Origin: Candidatus Woesearchaeota archaeon | GTDB taxonomy: Archaea > Nanobdellota > Nanobdellia > Woesearchaeales > UBA9642 | Reading direction: 5' to 3' | Assembly: GCA_041658255.1 (NCBI GenBank) | Contig: JBBAAQ010000008.1 | Coordinates: forward strand, 3,442-67,441 | DNA: 64,000 nt | Part shown: one piece after another, positions 7,536-17,407 of the stretch | Position numbering within the stretch: position 1 is the stretch's first letter | How the letters are laid out: each line of letters begins with the position of its first letter | Notes under the pieces: generated by a model | Told to the model about the DNA's origin: nothing | Database searches by the model: none | The model's input: the letters and a program-made list of their open reading frames with translations, nothing else | Made by a program: the position numbers and the translations under genes

Positions 7536-8629
7536 AACTCTTAATCTTTACAGCATACTATTATCCCCATGCAGGTGGTGTTGAGAATTATGTCCATGAA
7601 TTATTCAAGGGAATGGATGTTACAGTTGTTACCTGCAATACTGAAGGCGCTAAACCATTTGAGCGGATCCATGGATTTAAGGTGTACAGATTTGATTGTT
7701 ATCATCTCATGAATAACACCTATCCGGTATTGAAATATTCTTCTTTGAAAAAAATTGATCAACTTGTTTCTCAGGGGGGATTTGATTATATCGTGACCAA
7801 TACGCGATTCTTTCATACCTCGCTTATCGGTGTTCGTGCAGGTCTGAAGTATCACATCCCTGTCATCCATTTCGAGCATGGGACGCAGCACTCGCCGATA
7901 AAGAATCCGTTATTGCATCTGCTGGGAGTATGGTATGATCATACAATTGGAAGATATATTGTGAAAAATGCTACTACTGCAGTTGGCATCAGTCATGCAT
8001 CTGAGCAGTTCATTAAACATTTGTATAATCGGAAGACATTCTGCGTCTATAATGGCGTCGATACTGCACTCTTTAAGAAAAAAAAGACTGCGCTGAAGAA
8101 AAAATTAGGGATTACGGGTCCGGTCATCATCTTTGTCGGGCGATTAATCTACGCGAAAGGTGTTCAGGATTTACTTGAAGCAGCACGTGGACTTGATATG
8201 ACGGTAATCGTTATCGGTGATGGACCCTACCGCAAGACACTTGAAGAAACGTATCCTTGGGCTAAATTTGTCGGAGCAAAAAACAGTTCTGAAATCGCTG
8301 AGTATTTATCCATTGCAGATATCTTTGTGAATCCCTCCTATGCGGAAGGATTACCGACGTCGGTTTTGGAAGCAGGCAGTTCCGGGGTTTGTTGTATTGC
8401 AACAGATGTCGGAGGGACAAAAGAGATCATCACTCATCTCGTGAATGGATATTTGATCAAACCCCAAGATGCTGAAGGGTTGCGAAAACACATTGTAACA
8501 TTGTTAAATGATAAGAAGTTACGAGACAAATTCAGTAAACGCTTACAATTAAAAATAAGAAAAGAATTCGATTGGAAAGTTGGACAGAAAAAATTAAGGG
8601 AATTGTTATCTCGAAATCGAAATACATAA
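7532..8629 (+). CDS. GT4-family (GT-B fold) glycosyltransferase
   Basis: YAEGLPTSVLEAGSSGVCCIATDVGGTKEII carries the E-x7-E motif region. Confidence 0.8.
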   Translation: MKLLIFTAYYYPHAGGVENYVHELFKGMDVTVVTCNTEGAKPFERIHGFKVYRFDCYHLMNNTYPVLKYSSLKKIDQLVSQGGFDYIVTNTRFFHTSLIGVRAGLKYHIPVIHFEHGTQHSPIKNPLLHLLGVWYDHTIGRYIVKNATTAVGISHASEQFIKHLYNRKTFCVYNGVDTALFKKKKTALKKKLGITGPVIIFVGRLIYAKGVQDLLEAARGLDMTVIVIGDGPYRKTLEETYPWAKFVGAKNSSEIAEYLSIADIFVNPSYAEGLPTSVLEAGSSGVCCIATDVGGTKEIITHLVNGYLIKPQDAEGLRKHIVTLLNDKKLRDKFSKRLQLKIRKEFDWKVGQKKLRELLSRNRNT

Positions 8630-8653
8630 AAAGAGTGCATGATTTTGACGACT

Positions 8654-9673
8654 ATGAATATACTCATTATCAAGACAGGAGCATTAGGTGATGTCCTTCG
8701 AACATCAGTTATTCTTGAAGGACTTATTGAGAAATATGTTCATCCAAAAATCTATTGGCTAACAAGCGAGGCTGCAAAATCATTACTCGAGAACAATCCT
8801 TTTATAAAAAAACTGTTTTTTTCAGAACAATTAGAGGAAGATCTATTTGACATCTCTTTTGACCTCGTTATCTCTTTAGAGGAAGATAAATCGATTCTTG
8901 CACTCCTTGAGCGGATACATGCTAAAAAGACCTTTGGCGTGTACTTAAAAGAGGAATTGGTTGTGTATACTCCTGATAGTGCTCCATGGTATCATATGAG
9001 CCTTGTGAGTAGTTTGGGAAAATCTACTGCTGATGAATTAAAAAAGTCAAACCGTCATTCGTATCCTGAATTATTATATACCATGCTGGGATTGCGATGG
9101 AGTTTTCAGCGATACAGGATTTTTCTTAACAAGAACAGTTTACAGTATGCACGCATTCTTGAATCACAAATCCCTCAGGATTCTATTGTCATCGGTCTTG
9201 TTGTTGGTGCAGGCTCGCGCTGGCCAATGAAGGCATTGCCATTAGAAACGCAGATAGCATTTGTAAGAAAAATCCATTCGAAATATCCTGCTGTTAAAAT
9301 AATATTATTGCATGGTCTGTCAGAACTTGAATTATCCCATGCGGTTTTGCGCGATTGTCCTTATGTCATCAATCATGATATTCACGATCTTAATGAATTT
9401 ATCGGCATTGTTAATCTCTGCGACTGTATAATCACTCCAGATACCCTTTCTATGCATATTGGGATCGCACTAACTAAATATGTTGTTACATACTTTACAG
9501 TAACCTCTGCCCAGGAAATAGAAGTATATACGGGTTCTAAACTTGTTGCGCAGCATCCGGACTATTGCACGTATACCAAAGAGGATAAGCAGCATCCTAA
9601 TATCACTGATACCATAACTGCTGATCAATTGTTCTCTGAAACAGCGAAATTACTTGAGCGTCATCATGGCTAA
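8654..9673 (+). CDS. GT9-family glycosyltransferase (heptosyltransferase-like)
   Basis: MNILIIKTGALGDVLRTSVILEGL is the characteristic GT9 N-terminus. The C-terminus carries LCDCIITPDTLSMHIGIAL. Confidence 0.7.
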   Translation: MNILIIKTGALGDVLRTSVILEGLIEKYVHPKIYWLTSEAAKSLLENNPFIKKLFFSEQLEEDLFDISFDLVISLEEDKSILALLERIHAKKTFGVYLKEELVVYTPDSAPWYHMSLVSSLGKSTADELKKSNRHSYPELLYTMLGLRWSFQRYRIFLNKNSLQYARILESQIPQDSIVIGLVVGAGSRWPMKALPLETQIAFVRKIHSKYPAVKIILLHGLSELELSHAVLRDCPYVINHDIHDLNEFIGIVNLCDCIITPDTLSMHIGIALTKYVVTYFTVTSAQEIEVYTGSKLVAQHPDYCTYTKEDKQHPNITDTITADQLFSETAKLLERHHG

Positions 9674-10745
9674 GAAAAAAATATTCTTTTTAGGATTGAA
9701 CGGCCGCGGGGGAACGTTGCATTATGCATCAAGTGTCTCTTCTCACATGACCGCATATGCTGAAACGCATTTATTATTGCCGTCTTATAGTGATACGAAG
9801 CTTATTGATAAAAAAGTTAAACTTTTGCGTATTACTGCGCCGCCGAATGCTTTGAAGACAGTGGTGCTAACATTTAATATTTTTGCGCACGTACGGACAA
9901 TACGCGCGATTAATGCGATTGATCCTGATGTGATTGATATTCTGGATATTCATCCCTGGTATATGCTCTGGTGGCCATTTTTGAAGGCGAAAAAGATAGT
10001 TACTATTAATGATCCTGAGCTTCACAGCGGAGAAACAGGAGTAGTTGAAGGATTTATTTTACGCCGGATTACTAAATTTCTTTTAAAACATGCACAGGAG
10101 ATTATTGTTCTTGGCGCAAAACAAAAAGAGACAGTCCGTCGATTAGGATATAAACAACCAGTTATTGTCTCACGTATAGGACATTATGGTTTTTTTGCCA
10201 AGAATGCGGGACACGTGCAGATGGAACCGCGTACTATACTTTTTTTTGGACGGATAAAAGGGTATAAGGGATTAGGGTACTTACTTGATGCATTGATTGG
10301 GATGCCACGGAATTTTAAGCTGGTTATTGCAGGAGATGGTGACTTGAAACCATACGAGGATCAACTCAAAAAACTTAATAGACTCGTGGAGATCCATCAG
10401 GAATACATCCCTGACGAGAAAGTTGCTGAATATTTTAATCGTTCAGCATTTATTGTGATGCCTTACACTGATGCGACACAGACAGGTGTTGTACAGATTG
10501 CTTATTCATTCTCTAAACCAGTCATTGCGACTAATGTGGGGAGTTTACCTGAAGTTGTTATAAACGGGAAAACTGGGATTGTTGTTGAACCAAGAGATGT
10601 TGTGCAGTTACGTAAAGCGATAACGCGATTGCTTGATAATCCTTCTTTAACGAAGACCTATGGTGCAAATGGTCATCAATTCATGAAAAAAGAATTAGAC
10701 TGGAAAAAGATTGTGAAGAAGCTGTATTCAAATATTTTTCATTGA
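9666..10745 (+). CDS. GT4-family glycosyltransferase
   Basis: FFGRIKGYKGLGYLLDAL...TQTGVVQIAYSFSKPVIATNVGSLPEVV. It overlaps the GT9 gene by 8 nt. Confidence 0.75.
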   Translation: MAKKKIFFLGLNGRGGTLHYASSVSSHMTAYAETHLLLPSYSDTKLIDKKVKLLRITAPPNALKTVVLTFNIFAHVRTIRAINAIDPDVIDILDIHPWYMLWWPFLKAKKIVTINDPELHSGETGVVEGFILRRITKFLLKHAQEIIVLGAKQKETVRRLGYKQPVIVSRIGHYGFFAKNAGHVQMEPRTILFFGRIKGYKGLGYLLDALIGMPRNFKLVIAGDGDLKPYEDQLKKLNRLVEIHQEYIPDEKVAEYFNRSAFIVMPYTDATQTGVVQIAYSFSKPVIATNVGSLPEVVINGKTGIVVEPRDVVQLRKAITRLLDNPSLTKTYGANGHQFMKKELDWKKIVKKLYSNIFH

Positions 10746-10768
10746 TCCTCTACTTTCAGAACCAAACT

Positions 10769-11473
10769 CTATTTAACCCTGTTCATTATTTTTTTCCTGG
10801 AGACTGACTTTCTTGCATGGTATATTGTGCAATAAGTCAGTGGAACAATATTCATAGGTATTTGTATCCGCGTAAAAGGAATTTGAATATAACTGCCTTC
10901 TATATTAAAAGGTTCGAACCCATACACATTAAGAAGTGTTATCATGTTGGTTGTCGGGAATTCATGAACGTGATCGCCTTTAATTCTGTAATTAAGATTA
11001 TACCCTTTTACCCAATGCCAGAAATGGATAGCGACTTCAATTGGAGACTCGGGATTCGGAGTAGATAATGCTAATACTCCTCCTGGTTTTAATAGCCTAT
11101 ACACCTCTTTCATAAATGAATCAAGATCCGGCAAATGTTCAATAGTCTCGCCGGCAATTATACAATCAAAAGATTTATCTTTAAAGGGATATGGATAAGG
11201 CTTATCCATGTCTATGGTAAATATTTTTGAATAGTTCTTAGGTTTATTAGATGGAACAAAAATATCCAAGCCATACGCATTTTTTATAAATGGATTAGGG
11301 ATAGCTGCATATCCTATATCCAAAACTTTCTCTCCTCCCCTCAAAAATCGAGCAAGTCGCTTCAATCGATACCTGATTCCCCAATTGTAAAAAATATTAT
11401 ACTCTTTTATGACTTCATAGTTTTTTTTTGTAAACTTATCTGTTCTTCTCTTAGTAGTTGTCATTTCGTTCAC
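10769..11473 (-). CDS. Class I SAM-dependent methyltransferase
   Basis: VLDIGYA...FDCIIAGETIEHLPD...LKPGGVLALSTPN. The first ATG is at 11464. Confidence 0.7.
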   Translation of the reverse strand: MNEMTTTKRRTDKFTKKNYEVIKEYNIFYNWGIRYRLKRLARFLRGGEKVLDIGYAAIPNPFIKNAYGLDIFVPSNKPKNYSKIFTIDMDKPYPYPFKDKSFDCIIAGETIEHLPDLDSFMKEVYRLLKPGGVLALSTPNPESPIEVAIHFWHWVKGYNLNYRIKGDHVHEFPTTNMITLLNVYGFEPFNIEGSYIQIPFTRIQIPMNIVPLTYCTIYHARKSVSRKKIMNRVK

Positions 11474-11574
11474 TCATATTTTTTTAAACATAACTCCTCA
11501 ATCAAAGCAAATCAATGATACACCTGTATGGGAACAGATCAAAATTGAGATATCTCATTTTTGTAGGATGAAGT

Positions 11575-12993
11575 CTATTTAAATTTATTCATTATTTTTT
11601 TCAAATATTTGTTTCTTAAGAAAGAATTCTGGACAAATTCCATCACAAATATGTGACCTGCTACTTTGGCAAATGACCCTAGATATGCGTATCTCTTAGC
11701 AATTCTTTTTTTTATTATCGTATTGCTCACTTTTTTTGCAAGCTTAAATGCTTTGACCCGGTCGTCATAACCCATTTCCGGTGTTATGAAGCACGGGATA
11801 TTTTCTAGGGGCGAGGATCTATTGAGATAGTTTTCATAAGGCTGCAAAAGAAAATTATTTTCAGAAAGATACTTGTAAAGCGGAGTCTCAGGAAATGGCA
11901 TTAAATTATAAAAATTAGCATATCCTATCGGATATTTTAAGGCTAATTTAAACGAATTTTCCAGATCCTTTAATGTTTCACCAGGGTATCCAATGACATA
12001 AAAAAGTCCAACAATATACCCTAATTCTACAGCATTTTTAATCGCTTCTTCAACACATTCTATTGATTCTGCTTTTCCCATATTCTTTAACACATGATTA
12101 TTTGCCGATTCAACACCGAAGCAGATGCTGTAAAATCCGACTTCTTTCATTCTTTTTAACAAGTTATAATCTGCCTTATCAGCCCTAATCCCATTCCCGA
12201 GGATCATTCTTAATTTCAGATTTCTTTTTTCTATCTCATCACAGATTTCAATGACCCTTTCTTTATAGAATGAAAAATTATCATCAACAAAGCCAAAATT
12301 GTTAATCCCTTGTTTGGACCAGTATTCAAGTTCATCCACAACATTTTTAGCGCTCCTTACTCTAAAACGTCGTCCAATCGATTTTTCAACAGGACAAAAG
12401 CCACAACCATAAGGACATCCCCGTGAAGATACGACGTGAATCAAAAATTCCGGATATTTTGAAAGCTCAAATTTTTCATATGTTGGAAATGGGATGTTAT
12501 CAAGGTCTGTGATGAACCCTCTATCTCCAGTATACACAACATTATTTTTATTATGATATAACAAACCTTTGACGTCTGCTATGTTTTCTGCTTTGCATAG
12601 ATCTACTATTGTCTGATCGCCCTCGAGCACCACACCGTAATCTATCTGTGGGCATTCTTTTAGGACCTTTTCTCTGAATAATGAAATATGTCCTCCGCCT
12701 GCAACTATCTTTATTTCAGGAAATCTCTCTTTGAGTGTTTTTATGATGCGATACGCATAATTGTACCTTAAAGAGAGGATCTGAAGACCTATTAAATCCG
12801 GCTTGTAATCTTCAATTTTCTTAATAACATCCTTGAGTTCATATCCTAAATTCATATCTATGACATCGTATTCGATATGATGTTGCCTAAGCGCTTCTGC
12901 TATGTATCCGAGCCCGGCATAGATCAGCGGAGCATATTTAACCTTCTCATACTGGGCATTCAATAGTAACACTTTATTGAACCGGTTTACCAT
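11575..12993 (-). CDS. B12-binding-domain radical SAM protein
   Basis: An N-terminal Rossmann-like B12-binding region (DLIGLQILS...IVAGGGH) is followed by SRGCPYGCGFCPV (CxxxCxxC). The ATG at 12993 is preferred over the TTG at 13005. Confidence 0.8.
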   Translation of the reverse strand: MVNRFNKVLLLNAQYEKVKYAPLIYAGLGYIAEALRQHHIEYDVIDMNLGYELKDVIKKIEDYKPDLIGLQILSLRYNYAYRIIKTLKERFPEIKIVAGGGHISLFREKVLKECPQIDYGVVLEGDQTIVDLCKAENIADVKGLLYHNKNNVVYTGDRGFITDLDNIPFPTYEKFELSKYPEFLIHVVSSRGCPYGCGFCPVEKSIGRRFRVRSAKNVVDELEYWSKQGINNFGFVDDNFSFYKERVIEICDEIEKRNLKLRMILGNGIRADKADYNLLKRMKEVGFYSICFGVESANNHVLKNMGKAESIECVEEAIKNAVELGYIVGLFYVIGYPGETLKDLENSFKLALKYPIGYANFYNLMPFPETPLYKYLSENNFLLQPYENYLNRSSPLENIPCFITPEMGYDDRVKAFKLAKKVSNTIIKKRIAKRYAYLGSFAKVAGHIFVMEFVQNSFLRNKYLKKIMNKFK

Positions 12994-13103
12994 GTTATTT
13001 TTCAATTGGTGGTCTTATATAAATTTTTCTAAAAAATAAAATTTTTTATTGTTCGGTAAAAAATAACGCTATTACCTTTTCTCATATTAAAATAATAAAA
13101 ATA

Positions 13104-13217
13104 TGGACAGCGAATCAAGGTTCCCAAACACAAGTGTAGTACAACTTGAAACGTGAGGTTGCTTGACTTCTAAGTTCGAGATGGGGCCAGTGTGACCGAC
13201 CTGCTATAGCAATCCAA
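13104..13217 (-). rRNA. 5S rRNA (copy 2, divergent)
   Basis: The reverse complement reads TTGGATTGCTATAGCAGGTCGGTCACACTGGCCCCATCTCGAACTTAGAAGTCAAGCAACCTCACG...GATTCGCTGTCCAT. By eye it is about three-quarters identical to copy 1, and differences fall in paired positions. Confidence 0.8.
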
Positions 13218-13237
13218 TAAAAAAGACTTTAATAATA

Positions 13238-13245
13238 TTTATAAA
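13238..13245. promoter_or_regulatory. TATA box (TTTATAAA) for 5S copy 2
   Basis: It lies 21 bp upstream of the inferred 5S 5' end, the same geometry as copy 1. Confidence 0.5.
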
Positions 13246-13309
13246 GGTCATGGTCTACTCCAAAAAAACGATTCGTTTAAGGGAAGAAATTAGATCAATA
13301 TAGTATTAT

Positions 13310-14413
13310 ATGTTTTGCCGCATTATTATCAAAAATTTAAAAAATATCGGGGTAAGTATTATGACAAAGGAATTTAACTACAATTATGCAGACACTGTGA
13401 AAAATGCGGATATTAATGTAAAATTTCCTCATCAGGTTGAGCTACAACCCGGAAGAGGGTGCGGATTTTATAAATGCCCATATTGTTATGGTATAAATCA
13501 AGCAAACAATAGTGACGCTGAATTAACACTTGAACAGTACGAACAATTATTCAGCGATATAAAAGGAAAGGTGCCATTAGTTACAATTGCAGGTATCAGA
13601 ACAGAATCATTAACAAGTAGACATATATCCGGAATATTCAAGAGTATAAACAAAAATGGATTAGATTTAGGATTAAATACAAAAGGGTATTTATTTACCG
13701 ACGAAATAATAAATTCTATGATGACTGGCATAAAAGAAGGCAGTTTTATTACCTTTAGTTTGGACTCTGCCATAAATGAATACTATGATAAAATCCATGG
13801 GATAAATGCCGGAACTAACTCGCTTAATAAAGTATACGAGAATATGAAAAAGGTTTTTGAGATAAAAAAGCAAAATAATCTAAATATATTTATCACGGGT
13901 TCTTGTTTGCTGTTTGATGGGAATAGTTCATTCGAAGATATGGAAAAGTTCGTAACAAAATTCGGACCATATTCCACAAGAATAAGGTTTTCATTTCCAC
14001 AAACACCTAATTTCAGTAATGATATACCCGCATATTATGTTGCACATAAAGAAGATGTTGAAAATAATATTATCAAATTGAGAGAAAAATACCCTGAATA
14101 CAAAATACATTTTTTAAAATTCAATACTGACAATCATGCTACGGAGTTTAAATATTGTTATGCACAAAGATTTTTATTTGCAATTGATTATTGCGGTAAT
14201 GTTTATCCATGCCCGCAGGTTACTGTGAAGGAATATAAACCTTTGGTAATCGGCAATTTACATAGAAACACATTTGATGAAATATTAAATTCAGATATAC
14301 GGAAAAAATTATTTGATACTCCAATAGATGATATGAAGTGCCGTGTTTGTGACAGAAAGGATGAGGAAATAAACACCTATTTGAACATAAAACATAGCGA
14401 CTACCACAAATGA
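13310..14413 (+). CDS. Radical SAM protein with a Cys-rich (SPASM/twitch-like) C-terminus
   Basis: QPGRGCGFYKCPYCYG is an atypical Cx4Cx2C spacing. C-terminal motifs are CGNVYPCPQ and CRVCDRKD. An alternative start lies at 13361. Confidence 0.6.
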   Translation: MFCRIIIKNLKNIGVSIMTKEFNYNYADTVKNADINVKFPHQVELQPGRGCGFYKCPYCYGINQANNSDAELTLEQYEQLFSDIKGKVPLVTIAGIRTESLTSRHISGIFKSINKNGLDLGLNTKGYLFTDEIINSMMTGIKEGSFITFSLDSAINEYYDKIHGINAGTNSLNKVYENMKKVFEIKKQNNLNIFITGSCLLFDGNSSFEDMEKFVTKFGPYSTRIRFSFPQTPNFSNDIPAYYVAHKEDVENNIIKLREKYPEYKIHFLKFNTDNHATEFKYCYAQRFLFAIDYCGNVYPCPQVTVKEYKPLVIGNLHRNTFDEILNSDIRKKLFDTPIDDMKCRVCDRKDEEINTYLNIKHSDYHK

Positions 14414-15168
14414 AAAAAGTATATTTAGATGGAATGGGGAAACGAGGCACAAGAATTGCTGAAGAGATAAGAAAAAACAATATGTTTGAAATTGTTAATA
14501 GCCCAACTGAAGCTGACGGCATAATTATTTCAACACCACCAGAAACGCATTACAGTGAATATTTGAAATATAAGGGTGCAAAAATGCTTATAGAAAAGCC
14601 CATGTGTCTTTCTTACAAAAAAGCAACGTGTATGAACAATATTATGATGGGAAATAATTATATGTTCAGCGACGTACTGGTTTTTCTCACAGCATATTTC
14701 CAGAAACATAATGTAAAAGTAAAATCTATCCATTCCGATTGGCTAAAATCCGTAGATATAAAAACGGATGTTTGTTATGATTTGGGATACCACCACATCT
14801 ATATTCACGCTAAAATATTCGGGAAAATTTTTAAGAAAATGAAGATCACCAACGTTAGTGATAAAACAAAAAGCATAATTTTGAGCTTTGGCGAAAATAA
14901 ATCCATAATCAATGTTTCACACAGCAACAATCATAAATTTTATAGAAACGATTTTAATATCGAGACCAATATCGGAACATTTTATATACTTGAAAAAAAT
15001 AATATTATGAAGTTGTATAGTCCCTCTGAAAATCTGATTTGTTCATCAGATACCGGATTATATAATGAATTGAAATTGTTTTCCAAATTTATCGATGGTA
15101 AGTATAAGTATGATAATTTAATTGATAAAAATATAGTAAAATGGCTGGAAAAAGCAGTTAAAACATAA
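14410..15168 (+). CDS. Gfo/Idh/MocA-like oxidoreductase
   Basis: IIISTPPETHYSEYLKYKGAKMLIEKPM carries the EKP motif. An ATGA overlap links it to the upstream gene. Confidence 0.5.
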   Translation: MKKVYLDGMGKRGTRIAEEIRKNNMFEIVNSPTEADGIIISTPPETHYSEYLKYKGAKMLIEKPMCLSYKKATCMNNIMMGNNYMFSDVLVFLTAYFQKHNVKVKSIHSDWLKSVDIKTDVCYDLGYHHIYIHAKIFGKIFKKMKITNVSDKTKSIILSFGENKSIINVSHSNNHKFYRNDFNIETNIGTFYILEKNNIMKLYSPSENLICSSDTGLYNELKLFSKFIDGKYKYDNLIDKNIVKWLEKAVKT

Positions 15169-15337
15169 ACGATGTTTTTCAATACCTACTATACGATTCT
15201 GTATTAAAAAAGAGATATCACAGGGGGAATTATCAAAATAGTATTTGTTTCTTTCTAAAATGAGAGACACACTAATGCGTTTTGTGTTGTGGTCGTAGTT
15301 TGGAAAGATTTTTAAATAATTAGCCATTTTAAAAGCC

Positions 15338-16498
15338 ATGAATTTAAATAATAGAAAGAACAAAGTTGAAAAATTTTTTATTCAAAATTTATCGATATAT
15401 TATAATGGTAATCTAAGTATGCTAGAGAAAGAAGATTGTGTCGCACTTGTATCTAATATAATGGCTGAAAATGGATTCAAATCATATATTGCAGCGATAA
15501 ACATTATGGGACTTAAATCACTCAAAACTCCAGATGATGTACATACATCCCACTCTGTGAATATAATAAATTTTAAGAGCAAAATATCATATTTTAGATT
15601 TATGCTAAGTCATCCGCGAGCAACTGTTTTTGGCAATTCACGTACATATATCGGACTATCAGCATGTTTTTTTGGGGATTACAGGATATTCATGAATCAT
15701 ACTGCTACACTACCCAAATTGTGGTGGCAGCGAAAAATATTAAAATTTTTTCTCAAAAGATTTGATGTTATAAAGGCCGAATCTGAAGCGGAAAAGAGAG
15801 AATTATTAAAATTAGGAAACTTAGACCCAGAAAGGATAGTTATTATTCCTATACCTATTGATCATAAATATCTATCAATAAGGTCGGATGAAACAGTCTT
15901 CAATTCATTAAGGAAAAAATTTAAATTGGAAAAAAAGGATAATATTTTGATATTCCTTGCCGTGATGCGTATGCATAAGAGACCCGATACGGTATTAAAA
16001 GCAATAAAAGTATTAAAAAACCGCGGGATAAAAGTTAAACTGTTGCAAGTTGGAAAAGACGGACTAACAGGACAGATAGGAAAGAGCGTGATGGATTTAG
16101 CTAAAGATATTGGAGTGGCTGATGAAGTCACATGTACTGGCAGAGTAAGTGATGAAGAGTTGAGATGTCTTATACAAATGTCAAAGGTAGGCATACAAAG
16201 TTCTGAAGTTGAAGGACAATGCATTGTTGCTTTTGAATATGCAGCTGTAGGAATAGCAGAATGCCTATCAGATATACCTTCGTTCGAGATATTCGGAGAA
16301 AAAATTTTAAGACATGCACCTGATGATTATAAAAAATTAGCCAAGAATATAGAATTTTATATTAAGAATCCTAAGATTGCAAAATCGCATAGTAAAGCAA
16401 ACCAGCAATTAGTCAGAGAAAAGTATGATTATAAATTGATAAAAAGTAAAATGAGGGATTTGTTGATTAAAAAGAAGAACAAATTCAAGAGTGCTTAA
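15338..16498 (+). CDS. GT4-family glycosyltransferase
   Basis: SEVEGQCIVAFEYAAVGIAECLSDIPSF together with a GT-B architecture. Confidence 0.65.
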   Translation: MNLNNRKNKVEKFFIQNLSIYYNGNLSMLEKEDCVALVSNIMAENGFKSYIAAINIMGLKSLKTPDDVHTSHSVNIINFKSKISYFRFMLSHPRATVFGNSRTYIGLSACFFGDYRIFMNHTATLPKLWWQRKILKFFLKRFDVIKAESEAEKRELLKLGNLDPERIVIIPIPIDHKYLSIRSDETVFNSLRKKFKLEKKDNILIFLAVMRMHKRPDTVLKAIKVLKNRGIKVKLLQVGKDGLTGQIGKSVMDLAKDIGVADEVTCTGRVSDEELRCLIQMSKVGIQSSEVEGQCIVAFEYAAVGIAECLSDIPSFEIFGEKILRHAPDDYKKLAKNIEFYIKNPKIAKSHSKANQQLVREKYDYKLIKSKMRDLLIKKKNKFKSA

Positions 16499-16630
16499 AT
16501 TTTCTCAATTGTAATATATTCATAATAATAACTCTTATTCGAGTGATATTAAAAAATCTTCTCCTATCTAGAAAACAGATACTTATTTAAATAGATTTAT
16601 ATTTCTGAACTTAAAATCTTCATTCATAAA

Positions 16631-17407
16631 ATGATATTAAGAAACCAAATACATAGCTTGAAAGTATTAAGTCATACAATCCTAACTATAAGAAACTGGT
16701 CAGAATTCTTATGGTCACATGTCTCCAAAAGCAAAAAAAATATGGTTGTAACCCTGAGAAATGGATATAAACTCGAAGTTCGTCCATGCCTTTCAGATGT
16801 CACTATGTTAATGGAATCATTCGGGATGAAATATTATACGCCAAAAGGCTTTGAAATTCATGAGAACGATACAGTAATAGATATTGGTGCGCACATCGGG
16901 TCATTCACACTTTATGCAGCAAGATTTGCTAATAAAGGAAAAATTTACTCATTTGAGCCACTTCCAGAAAATTATTCCATATTAATCAAAAATATAAGAC
17001 GCAATAATATAAAAAATATAGCAACTTATAAAATGGCTATTTCGAGGCATACTGGAACATCGTACCTCCATTTATATGATGGCGTTCACACAGGAAGTAG
17101 CAGCCTGTATGAAAGAAATTCAAATAAAAAAATCCAAATAAAAACCATCACTCTAGAAAAATTCATTATAGAAAATGGTATTAAACAAATTGATTTTATA
17201 AAGATGGATTGCGAAGGAGCAGAATATGAAATATTATTCAATACACCTGAAAAAATCCTAAGGATGATAAAAAAAATATCTATGGAATATCATGATAGCA
17301 TAAACAGACATAAACATAATGAATTAATGACTTTTTTTAGAAAGAAAGGTTTTAGTGCAAGACTTGATGGCGAATTCATATATGCTACAAAGAAAAAAAA
17401 TGAATAA
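16631..17407 (+). CDS. FkbM-family methyltransferase
   Basis: VIDIGAHIGSFTLYAARFANKGKIYSFEPLPENYSILIKNI...IDFIKMDCEGAEYEIL. Confidence 0.8.
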   Translation: MILRNQIHSLKVLSHTILTIRNWSEFLWSHVSKSKKNMVVTLRNGYKLEVRPCLSDVTMLMESFGMKYYTPKGFEIHENDTVIDIGAHIGSFTLYAARFANKGKIYSFEPLPENYSILIKNIRRNNIKNIATYKMAISRHTGTSYLHLYDGVHTGSSSLYERNSNKKIQIKTITLEKFIIENGIKQIDFIKMDCEGAEYEILFNTPEKILRMIKKISMEYHDSINRHKHNELMTFFRKKGFSARLDGEFIYATKKKNE

